Assembly (NCBI RefSeq): GCF_006345805.1
Contig: NC_043011.1
Location: forward strand, 23,634,464-23,698,463
Direction of reading: 5' to 3'
Source of the DNA: Octopus sinensis
Lineage: Eukaryota
DNA: 64,000 nt
Position numbers and translations under genes: made by a program
In this document: piece after piece, positions 52,801 to 64,000 of the stretch
How positions within the stretch are numbered: the stretch's first letter is position 1
Layout of the letters: every line of letters begins with the position of its first letter
Notes under the pieces: model-generated
Told to the model about the DNA's origin: nothing
The model's database searches: none
The model's input: only the letters and a program-made list of their open reading frames with translations

Positions 52801-52851
<51 letters not shown>

Positions 52852-54813
52852 CTGATAAATATTGTTATGCTTTTCATACTTTTTAATCTTTTATCTCTGT
52901 TAAAAGAATTGTATTTTAGTTCTTTTACCTTTGTTGAAAGAAGTGCAACTCTTGAGCTTTTACATCTGGGAATAAAATGCCAGGTAGTATAATCATTTAT
53001 TGCTTTGGAACATTGATCAAGAGCTATTAAAAGATTCAGCCAGCCAGTTCTAAATATTTAATTTCTGATTAGAATACTGGTTTGTTCTGCTAAAGACAAT
53101 GGAGTTAATTTCTTACAGCTATGTTTAGTCAATAAATGAAACGTATGTCTATAATATTTCCTTCACTACCTGAGTTTATTATTATTTTATTATTAAAATA
53201 TAATTATGTTCAATAGCACAAGATCTTAGGAAAGCTGTAACTATTGCAATGGCTTTAATATATTTTTAGATTTTGAAAACAGACAGTACAGCAATATCTC
53301 TGCACAGCTTATGAAAATATGAGAAAAAACAGTTAATAAATTGACAATCATGATGATGATGTCTAACATAGCAGCAATGGAAGCTGGACAAGAAACTAAG
53401 GATAATAGTTCTGTTTGGCTTAAACAAAGGGAAAGTGATAATCTATGTTTTTAAATATTAATTATTTGAATCAATGTCAACACCATTTTTCAAATCAGCT
53501 TAGTAATTAAGGTTACAGGGAAACAGTTCTACTCATTTATTTATTCATTTTTGTGCTACCCAGCAATTTTGTGATTGGATAATTCAAATATCTTGGACTA
53601 ACAACTGCTGTTAGGTCAATCGTGAGAAATATGGTAACTTTCACACATAGGTATCCCCATCCCACCCCTTTTTGCGTCTGATTTCTTTCCATTTTGGCTT
53701 AGATTGGGAAAGTGTAAATGCAAACAATTCCACAAATATTAGCTCAGGTGTTTTGCAAATGGGAACTATTTGTAGAAACTATGATACATTTTATAATTGT
53801 CGTTGTTTTCTACTATAACCCTGGGTCAGCAAAAACCTTGTGAATGGAAGTGGTAGATGGAAAGTGAAAGAAGCCCATCATGTATATATAACTACGTGTG
53901 TGTCATTGTGTTTATCCTCACCATTGCTTGACAACCAGTGTTGGTTTGTTTACATCCCCCAAGACTTAGTGGTTCCACAAAGAAGACCAATACAGTAAGT
54001 ACCAAACTTTAAAAAGGTTGATTCACTTGATCAAAACCTTTCAAGGTGGTGCCCCAGCATGACTGAAACAAGTAAACGATACTCTTATTGCCACTGTTGT
54101 GATTGTTATAGTTGTCAAGTTAAGAGATATACTGCATGTCCATGTTGTTATGGGCTCAATCTTCCTATATTACACCTGTGACAAGTGTCTTCTACTATAG
54201 ACTCAGACCCCAAAAAAAAAAAAAAAGACCATCTGAAATCTGGTATAAGGAAACTGTATGCATGTGTTACTCAGGTTACTATACTTTCTGAACTCTCACC
54301 CTTTCCCTGGAAATTAGGTCAACACAGTACAGAAGCCATTAACTACTTTTAAGAGCATTTTATTCAAACTATTATAAGGGTGCTTTTAGTGCTTACTCTA
54401 CCTATGCATCAGCACATATGAAGTGTCTGTCTACTGTGTTATCCTTCCTGTGATCCCACTACACCTAATGGACATCAATAGCATAAACCAAGTCAAAAAT
54501 GAAACAAGCCAATTGTGGCACACCCAAGACAAAGAGAGCAGCAATATGTATATTCCAAAGCAGTATTGAAATTAGTTTTCAAGATTGTTGACATCACTGA
54601 TCCTATATTTGCTGTTGGAACAATAAAGATACATAAATAGCAACTGAGGATAGGAGGTTCTTTGTTTACAGTGTTTACATTTTTCATTCTTGTCTTTTTT
54701 TCTTGCTACTTTCCATGCCAGTTTTTTCTTTTTTCTTTTTTTTTCACATATCTTTTGTACTTTTAATTCTGAATTCAGTAATTCTTTTGACTTTTATGGA
54801 AGAATTATGCTAA

Positions 54814-55013
54814 CTCTTTAGCATTTAAACTGGACATATTCAGCCTAAATATTTTACCTGTTTTATGTTCAAGCCAACCTGATCTGGTCTGGTCTCTCAC
54901 ACCTGTCCTACAATGTCATTGTAAAAGTGAACAACCATGTATTCAAAATCTCAAAGCTAAAAGATAATGCATGATTAATTCAAAACAAAGCGACTAAATA
55001 AGCATTACATTTG
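54814..55013 (+). mobile_element. piggyBac-like MITE family P1, right end truncated
   Basis: ctctttagcatttaaac...tacaatgtcatt...agcattacatttg matches 9901-10082. Confidence 0.65.
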
Positions 55014-55834
55014 TGGCAAGTATTAGTTTTCTATGAGGATGTAATGTAAAGCTTGTTATTATTATCAAATGAGCCATATGTATATGTCTGAGCATGTGTG
55101 TGTGTGTGTGTGTGTAGTCACAGTACCACATCACACAAAAGTTCTACTGCACTTTTCATTGACATCATATACACATGATATACTTACAGTACTCTTTATG
55201 TTGGTGAGACAGTTGCCTCACCAAGTGCTTTCACAAACACATAGTAATATATATTGTGTATGCCAGGCCAACCTGTCACCACCCACTTAAGCACAACAGC
55301 CCATACCCACCTCCAACCTCACCCTCCTCCTCCATTAGCCACTTACCAGCATCTGGCATCTTTGCATGCTGCAGATCTGCATACTCAAGGAAGCATAAGG
55401 AACAATATATTATATTCAAATGTAGAAGCATGGCAGTACATTTAAATGAATGTTTTTCTTCTACGCTTCTGCCCTTTCTTAATAGATTTAAGTCCAACTT
55501 ATTTTTGAGCTCTCCTCTCACTCTAATTTTTCCTCCACCTCATCCCTTACCTTGTTTCTCTTCCTTATTCCCTTTCCTTCTCTCTTCCTCTCTCACCAAC
55601 TAAAGTTCCTCTCTCCCACTACTTATTATGTAGGCATGTACTCTCACGTCATTTTGTATTCCCTACCAGTTGATGCCAGTTGTTCGGATATGGAGGATAT
55701 CAAACATGTCTTATTTCTTCTCAGCTTTCATCTCAACCCTGTAAAGACTGTATCCAAAGCACTGGAATCTCCCCATGCATCATGGTGCTTGTGTGTGTGT
55801 GTCTGTATATACTTAATTCTTTATTTTATATATA

Positions 55835-55906
<72 letters not shown>

Positions 55907-55909
55907 GTT

Positions 55910-56290
55910 CAGGCATGGCTCTGTGGTTGAGATGCTCGCTTCCCAACCGTGTGGTCTTGGGTTCAGTTCCACTGCACAGCACCTTAGGCAAGTGTCTTAG
56001 ACCAATCAAATCCTTCTAAGTGAATTTGGTAGATGGAAACTGAAAAACTGGTGTGTGTATGTGTGTGTGTGAGTATGCTTGTCTCAACATCATGAAATGG
56101 TTGTGAATGAGCATCGTCATGCAAGGGAGGTTCTTCACTTCTAGTCTTCTACGTAAAATATGCCTAGCTATGAGAAAATATTACCTTTTCTGGAAATAAG
56201 TGGAGGCTAGTGACAAAAGGGGCCTCCATCCATAAAAAAATTGACCCATGTAAACATAGAAAAGTAGATATTAAATGATGATGATAATTG
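55910..56290 (+). mobile_element. SINE family A, RTE-tail subtype
   Basis: tggctctgtggttgagatgc, gggttcagttcc, tail catagaaaagtagatattaaatgatgatgat. Confidence 0.8.
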
Positions 56291-56339
56291 GTACTCAGTT
56301 ATGATGAGGGTTTTAGTTGATCAGAACAGCCTGCTTGTG

Positions 56340-56960
56340 AAATTAACATGAAAGTGGTTGAGCACTCCACAAACAAGCATACCTTCTACATAATTCTCAG
56401 GGGCATTTCTTCCAGTATCTCCCTCTTCCATAAGTTCAATCCACTTCAAGTGATTGGCACTTCTTTATATAGCTATCCTCATCCATCTGCTATCCTCATC
56501 TATCCTCATGACCATACCAATTGCAGCCGTCTCTTTTGCTGCACTACATGTTATTCCTTTTATTTCAATTTTTCTCAACACATTTGCACACTGACATACA
56601 TGCACACTGATGTTGCATGTTCATCAGAGCATGCTAACTTTATTCCTTTCTAGTCTTCACAGTCCTCTGCATTCAGGGCCCATGTCTCACTATCACCCAG
56701 CATTGCTCTTCATGTACATGCATCATATAATCAGCCTTTCACTGTGATGGAGAGACCTTTTGTTAATAACAGGTGATAACTCCCTAAACTTTTCCCATCC
56801 AATTTTTATACTTCTGAAACACTCTCCACTGCTAATTAGGTCACTTAGGTAACAGAAACTGTCTACTACCTCTAGGAAATCTCTTTGAGCATTTGAGAGA
56901 ACCTATTTCTGTTAACCTGCCCATGATTTCAATGCACCCCATATCCATAACTTGCACTGG
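56340..56960 (-). mobile_element. Decayed RTE-clade LINE fragment
   Basis: Minus strand shows remnants of VVDSFCYLSDLIS, ETWALNAED and MCKCV motifs. Confidence 0.65.
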
Positions 56961-57648
56961 GTACACCATATGGAATTTCTACCCACGCCTTTCTTACATA
57001 TCAAGCAGAGTCAACTTTTTGAAGTAAGTCAAGTCCTGTCTGCTTCCCTTTTCACTAGAACTTTCTAGCAATTTCACTCAAAAGGAATAGGCTGGCCAAA
57101 AGATACAGTAAAAGACACTTGCTCCAAGTACCACACAGAATAGAACCCCAAACCAAATAATTATGAAATGAAATCTTTATCCAGACAGACATGCCCCTAA
57201 CATTTTATTTCTTTCCCACTATCTTAACATAGTGGATAAAGTAAGCTCATTAAAACAAAAATTTCTGAGAACAAGACATGAGATAAAGTTTAATTTGAGG
57301 GAGATTTGGGTACTAAGTCAAGCAACCAGATATTCCCCAATATACTGAAATGACTTTTTGTTAACACATCTGCTTGATCAGATTAAGTGGGTTGGAACTA
57401 AATAAAAAGTTAATTCACATCCTTGTAGAAACATAAAAAAAAAGCAAATGAAAACACCATACAAATAAAATTTATGAGTCAAACGTAAGATATTTGACCC
57501 ACTTGACCATGCAGTCACCCATAAAGTCTGTTACCATTATTTTCTCTAAACCTATGAATGGATTTGAGCCCAGCCCTATAAGATATGCAAACAACAATTC
57601 TGCAATGCTTCTGTAGCTTACAACAACAAACTAAACTTCCCCCATTAC

Positions 57649-57784
57649 ACATAATCTAGAGTTAACAGCAGAGACATGATGCACCTAAGTGTCTTTGTCA
57701 CAACAATATCAATAGAAAGAATGAAAACACTTTCAACTAGATCAGCTGAAAGCCTATCAAAATACCAAATATGCTGAAATTTCT
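57649..57784 (-). CDS. Isolated candidate exon (KFQHIWYFDRLSADLVESVFIL...LLTLDY)
   Basis: Open frame, donor GT|gtaatg, acceptor gattgtgtag|. Confidence 0.2.
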
Positions 57785-58098
57785 CTACACAATCAAATTC
57801 TCGAAAGGTGTGGATGTATACATTTAAAATCACAACATGGTTTTGGATTCAGTCCCATTGCATGGGACCCTGAGCAAGTGTCTTCTACTATAGCCCCAGG
57901 CCAACAAAAGCCTTGTGGGTTGATTGGGTAGAAGGAGACTCAAAGATTCTCGTCATATATGTGTGTGCACTGCATGTGTGCGTGTATATATATATATATA
58001 CACACACACATATATATATATAAACAAGTACACACACACACCTGTATATCTATAAAGGCAAAACTTCGAAGTACAGGAATGACTAATCATTTTTGAAT

Positions 58099-58565
58099 AT
58101 ATATACATACATACATACATACATATATATATACATACATACATATATATACATATATACATACGTATACATACATATATACATACGTATACATACATAT
58201 ATACATACGTATACATACATATATATATACGTATACATACATACATATATATACATATACATACATATATATACATACGTATACATACATACATATATAT
58301 ACGTATCAATACATACATATATATACGTATACATACATACATATATATATATACATATATACATACATATACATACATACATATATACATACATATACAT
58401 ACATACATATATATACATATATACATACGTATACATACATACATACATATACATATATACATACATATACATACATACATACATATACATACATACATAT
58501 ATATATATACATATATACATACGTATACATACATACATACATATACATACATACATACATACATG
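58099..58565. repeat. (TACA)n/(TACG)/(TA)n microsatellite followed by degenerate (TG)-rich tract to about 59050
   Basis: Read directly; lies downstream of a truncated SINE A at about 57830-57950. Confidence 0.9.
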
Positions 58566-59053
58566 CATGAGAATGTGTGGACAAGCTGAAAAATATGTGA
58601 ATCTGTGTGTGTGTGTGTAAGTGATGCAGTGCATACATTATGTGGAGTGATATGCATTATATGTACTGGTATGCGTGTATGGACATGTGTACATGTGTGT
58701 GGTTATCATGTGTGTGAAAACATTAGCCTGGGTATGTATACAAGTAACCTAGTGTATGTGTTGTGTGGAGTGATGGGCATTTTGTATATTTGTGTGTGTG
58801 TGTGTGTGTGTGTGCATGTATGGACGTGTATATGTGTACTTGTATGAATGTATGTATGTGAGGCTAATGTGTGTGTATACACGCATGTGCAAACACTTGT
58901 GTTTAGCATTTGATAAGTGCTTGTTCAGATGGTGTGTGTATGTGTGTGCAACCATCTAGTATGCATGTGTATAGTAGATGTTTGTGTGTTAGAAGTTATC
59001 TGCTGTGTGTGGGTATGCATGTGTGTGTGTGTATGCATGTGTGTGTGTGTATA

Positions 59054-60290
59054 CATGATGTGGATGGTATTTGAGAAAACATGCATTTTTAGTCATTATT
59101 TTATCTGACTAAATTTTATTGAACTTCTATTTCAGAAAATAACAATAACGGGCACTATACTTACTAATGAAATGAAATGGCATGTTGTGATTGTGGATTT
59201 GAAAGCTAAACATGGTGATTTAGAAATTTCTCGTTTTCTGAAAGTTGCAAGATCTTTATTACACAAGATTCAGTATGAGTTAGAGAAAGACGATGGAAGC
59301 GTATTACCTGTATCAAATGCTCTGATTCTATCAGGACGCCTGAATTTATTCAGGACGTTAAGCAAAACATTGGAGACAATCCAGGAAAATCAAAGAGGTC
59401 AATTGCAAAACAGTTTCGTATGTCAGAAAAAAACGTTGTGCATGAAGACATGAGATACAAATCTTATGTGATGAGGAAAGGTCAATTCATATCAGAAAAA
59501 AACAAAAGAAAACTGTTTAATCAGATCCAAAAGACTTTTGAACAATCTTAAAAATCCATCAGAAGATGGTGAGATTTGGTTTTTCTCAGATGAGAAAAAC
59601 TTTGACCAGCACCAGTAAACTAACAGAAGAAATGACAGATGGCTACGTGCAGACCCTTCTGAGGTTCCAAGAGTAATGCACAGAAAAATTTCCTGCAAGT
59701 GTCATGGTTTTGGGTGTTATTAGCAATGAAGGACATGTGATGCCTCCTCACTTTTTTCCACAAGGCCTTAGGGTGAATGCTGCTGTGCATGAGGTTCTGG
59801 ATAAAGTTGTTAAGCCTTGGATCAACAGTGTATACAATGGAAGGCATTATGTCTCAACAAGATTCTGCGTCATCGCACAAGGCTCAAATAACACAAGAAT
59901 GGATGACCAACAAATTTGCATGATCACATCACCCCCAACATTTGGCCTCCTAATTCTCCAGATTTCAATCCACTGGACTACTATGTATGGAGCATCATTG
60001 AGAAAAATGTCCGTGAACACCCCCATAGCATTCGAGATTCTTTGAAAGCTGCCATAGTTCGAGTCATATCTGATATGATCAAGAACCACTTAATCTGAGC
60101 TTGTAAAAGATTTTGACCCCACATAGAGGCAATTATTGATGTTTATGGTGGTTTTATTGAATGAAATTATTAAATTGATAATTTAGCTTTATGTTTATGT
60201 TATTTTTATAAAAATACAGTTTTTTTTCTGTTATTATATGAGCGTGTTTTTAAAACCATAAATCTGTCCTCAAATACCGTCTATACCCTG
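59054..60290 (+). mobile_element. DD37D (maT-type) transposon, 1237 bp, defective
   Basis: TA flanks; left tacatgatgtggatggtatttgagaa versus right reverse complement tacagggtatagacggtatttgagga (20/26 including TA). Confidence 0.8.
59172..60164 (+). pseudogene. DD37D transposase, disrupted
   Basis: WFFSDEKNF, FPASVMVLG, QQDSASSH...WPPNSPDFNPLDYYVW; 37 residues between D and D after correcting one extra A. Confidence 0.85.
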
Positions 60291-60888
60291 TATATTGTCT
60301 GTTATGGGAGTGTGCATGATGGTGTGTGTTCTGAGTTGAACAGTATGTAGGGGTGCTCGTATAGTGGTATGTGTGGTGATGCTATTGAAGAGTGTACGTT
60401 GTTGGGTGGTTAATGGTGTGTGGATATGGGTGCTGAGAAGTGTTGGGAGCTAATGTATGAGGAGTGGGAAGGTGTTTGTGGATACACGTGTAATGGTGTG
60501 TGAAGTGAGTAATGAGTTGAACAGAGTATATGGGTTTTTGTATAATGGTGTGTGTGTGTGTGGTGAGGGTACTGTGGTAGGTGGTATGCAGGTGTGTAGG
60601 TGAAGAGAAGGGACAGTTGAATGTGCAAGGTGTGTGAGAATCCTGAGTGGGGTTAGTACTAGATGAAGAGAGGTAGCGAGTTGAGCCCATAAAGTGCAAA
60701 GGAATGAAAGGCAGAAGATTAATTCCTGTTCACAGCAAAAGGCAAGAGTCTGAGAGGCCCCTGTGCAGAGACAGTCCAAACACAGACAGATGTTGTAGCG
60801 AATGACCGGTAGAGTGTAAGTGGCACAAGACCAGTGTGTCATTGCTAAGTGTGGAGATGCTCTGCAAACTGGTCAGCCAAATGAAATC

Positions 60889-60932
<44 letters not shown>

Positions 60933-61089
60933 CACACACACATAATTTAACATGAAACTAGAGTAGTGGCCAATACATTTTAGAAGAGAACATCTATTAA
61001 TTAATACAAGTGAAAGGTTGACACCAAAATTTCAGCCTACTTGCTATCATTAGATTGTGGTTTACTTTGATTCATTCTAGGTGGAGTGA

Positions 61090-61886
61090 TCATCATCATC
61101 ATCATTTAGCGTCCGTTTTCCATGCTAGCATGGGTTGGACGGTTTAACTGGGGTCTGTGAAGCCAGAAGGCTTCATCAGGCCCAGTCAGATTTGGCAGTG
61201 TTTCTACGGCTGGATGCCCTTCCTAACGCCAACCACTCCGTGAGTGTAGTGGGTGCTTTTTACGTGCCACCTGCACAGGTGCCAGACAGAGCTGGCAAAC
61301 GGCAATGAACGGATGGTGTTTTTACGTGCCACCGGCACGGGGGCCAGGCGAGGCTGGCAACGGACACGAACGGATGGTGCTTTTACGTGCTACCGGCACG
61401 GGGACCAGGCGAGGCTGGCAACGGACACGAACGGATGGCGCTTTTACGTGCTACCAGCACGGGGGCCAGGCGAGGCTGGCAATGGACACGAGCGGATGGT
61501 ACTTTTACGTGCCAACGGCACGGGGGCCAGGCGAGGCTGGCAACAGTCAAACGATCGGATGGTTCACTTAACCACAGCTGCAATTTCCACTGATGTTGAT
61601 TTGGTTTGATTTTGACTGTTCTCACTGGTCTTGCCAGGTCTTCTCACGCACAGCATACTTCCATAGGTCTCGGTCTCTAGTCATTTCCTTGGTGAGACCT
61701 AAATTTCGAAGGTCGTGCTTCACCACTTCGTCCCAGGTTTTCCTGGGTCTACCTCTTCCACAGGTTCCCTCAACTGCTAGAGTGTGGCACTTTTGCATAC
61801 AACTATCTTCACCCATTCTCGTCACATGCCCATACCAGCGCAGACGTCTCTCTTGCACACCACAACTGATGCTTCTCAGGTCCAAA
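61090..61886 (-). mobile_element. 5'-truncated RTE-clade LINE: RT C-terminus, 3' UTR and (GAT)n tail
   Basis: VQERRLRWYGHV...GRGRPRKTW (ORF 61622..61885); terminal palindrome CCATGCTAGCATGG at 61120-61133. Confidence 0.9.
61252..61565. repeat. GC-rich 61-bp tandem repeat, 5 units, inside RTE 3' UTR
   Basis: tacgtg anchors at 61261, 61323, 61384, 61445 and 61506. Confidence 0.95.
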
Positions 61887-62514
61887 ACCAGAAAGTAGTA
61901 GTTGTGTAAGAGTGGGGGAACAGAGAAGGATAAAAGAAAGGTATGTATTTGTAGAGTGTGATTTAAAAGAAAAGTGGAGACAGTTACTCTGGTTTCATAA
62001 AGGTATGCTGTTATTGTTTAGGCTTCAGTCTGGCGTGAAAGTGAAGAAGTAGACATAGGTCACTATGTTGAACTTTTTCTTGTGATTAATCAAGATCCTT
62101 TATTCTGTAAGGTTTGTTTTCTGCTATATTAGGGTTCATTAAAAAATATTTATAGATAATACAGCTGCATACACAGGTCAAATACAGGTTGAAATTGGTG
62201 TTGGTGCTTGTGGCTTGAAGAAATTTTAAACTGGGTATGTTAGAAAAGTTTAGATTGAGATTTTATTGCTATATAACATTTATTAGGGTATCCCAATCTA
62301 TTTCTGGTACCAGAATTTATTATATATCAATGAATGCATGCTTATAACTGCATGTCATTACTTATACATCCAGACAATGCATAAGAATGATGCATTTTTT
62401 TCATAGAGATATGCAGCTTGGAAATATAAATATATACACATATCCATATATGTGTATGTATATAGATAAATATGTATACACACACACATATATATATACC
62501 TTTTATTCTTTTAC

Positions 62515-62705
62515 TTATTTCAGTCATTTGACTGTGGCCTCATGCTGAGGTACCACCTTGAAGGGGTTTTAGTTGAACAAATCAACTTCAAGACTTTTTT
62601 TTTAAAGTCTAGTACTTATTCTATTAGTGTCTTTTGCTGAACTGCTAAGTTACAGGGATGTAAGCACACCAACACCAGTTGTGTCTGTGGGGGGAACAAA
62701 CAAAC

Positions 62706-62736
<31 letters not shown>

Positions 62737-62890
62737 TACAACGGGCTTCTTTCAGTTCCCATCTACCAAATCTAGTCACAAGGCTTCAGTTGGCTTAAGG
62801 CTATAGAAGACACCTGCCCAAAGTGCCATTCAGTGGGACTGAACCTGGAACCATGTGGTGTGGAAGCAAGCTTCTTACAACACAGCCATG
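62515..62890 (-). mobile_element. SINE family A, CR1-tail subtype
   Basis: Reverse-complement tail tttcagtcatttgactgtggcc; head ends cacagccatg. Confidence 0.8.
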
Positions 62891-63634
62891 TCTAGACAAG
62901 CTTCTACAAGTAATATAAATATTTGTTTATTTTAACAGTGGTAACAAAATGTGGAAGCTTCTTGACAAATATGTTAAACACAACCAGCTTTAATAACTTC
63001 CCAAATAAGATTTACTGCTCTCATGTCTAACACAAAGATTTCATATCAATTAAACAGGTTACTATGCAATATGCTTCTTACAGTGTTCTAGATACTTAAA
63101 TGCCACCTATAAATTGCCTAACAAACGGATTCAGTTGCAAATAAAAATAAAGTTTCTCCATTTACTATGGACACAGGCATTCATACCTGCAACAAAAATA
63201 CAAGAATAGAAATCTGGCCGCAAGATAACAGCAAGTCACTAGCTGAAGAATTACTTTATACACATTCACATTCTGTGTATGCACAGAGTGTAGAAATCTG
63301 AATTTCAGTGGTAAGTTATATAGTGTAGCAAAAGCTGAACAGCTAGATATATAAATCAGATATATAAACAGAGGTGGAAAGGGAGAGAATAATCAGTAAT
63401 TGTCCAAATATGAACTATAATTACAGACATCTGACCTATTATAAATGAGAGACGTCCTGAAACAGTTCATCATTTACGCTCTTTCCTTCACTATTCATTC
63501 ACACGGTGTTATTAAATACCTTTAAGCCGATAGTTATTTTACTTTAACTGAACCACAAATTCCAATATCAGAATTTTCTTTTCTCTCTCTCTTTTTTTTT
63601 TTTTTTTTTTTCCGTTTCAAAGAATGACAACCAG

Positions 63635-64000
63635 GCATGGCATTGTGGTAAGTAGTTTGCTTCTCAACCTCATGGTTTCAAGTTCAGTCCCACTGTGTGG
63701 CACCTTGGACAAGTGTCCTACTATAGCCCCTGAACTGACAAAAGTCTTGAGAGTGGATCTGGTAGACAGAAACTGAAAGAAACCAATTATGTGTGTGTGT
63801 GTGGTGTAGGTGGGTGGGTGTATGCCCTCAGTGTTGGTTTATTTGAATCCCTGTAATTTAGCAGTTCGACATAAGAGACAACAGAATAAGTAACAGACTT
63901 TTAAAAATTAAGTACTAGGTTCAGCTTCTTTGACTTAAAACCCTTCAAATTGCCCCAGCATGGCTGCAACCCAAAGACTGAAACAAGTAAATGATAAAAC
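63635..64000 (+). mobile_element. SINE family A, CR1-tail subtype
   Basis: tggcattgtggtaagtag, aagttcagtccc, tail gccccagcatggctgc...gactgaaacaagtaaa. Confidence 0.8.

Noticed and set aside
57953-59108. Overlapping ORFs on both strands
   Set aside because: Lie in TACA and TG repeats; no domain content.
61252-61565. Regular repeats as a CRISPR-like array
   Set aside because: Contiguous tandem units without unique spacers, inside a eukaryotic LINE UTR, no cas genes.

Overview
AT-rich, repeat-dominated eukaryotic DNA. The repeat families (tRNA-headed SINEs with the GGCTGTGTGGTAAG...CCTTGGGCAAGTGTCTTCTACTATAGC core, RTE and CR1 LINEs, very long TA/CA arrays) look like those of an octopod cephalopod; this is inference from recalled motifs, not a database match. 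No rRNA, true tRNA, CRISPR array or nameable host gene is visible. The centrepiece is a 13.4-kb nest (26240-39653) built on TA-rich microsatellite. It holds a near full-length CR1-type LINE with tandem 5' repeats, a decayed ORF1 with an apparent Myb/SANT-like helix plus a CCCH finger, and a near-intact APE-RT ORF2. It also holds a short CR1 3' stub, a Helitron-like non-autonomous element, a 5.5-kb microsatellite and a DD36E-type Tc1-like transposon. Elsewhere are DD34E and DD37D elements, a pogo/Tigger remnant, decayed RTE LINEs, TTAA- and TA-flanked MITEs and about 30 SINE copies or fragments. The strongest structural observation is that one SINE head/core carries either a CR1-type or an RTE-type 3' tail, both LINE types are in the window, and the CR1-type tail hairpin shows compensatory base changes between LINE and SINE. 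Two phase-compatible chains of candidate minus-strand exons suggest an unidentified host gene, at low confidence. All alignments and counts were done by eye, and boundaries of decayed repeats are approximate.
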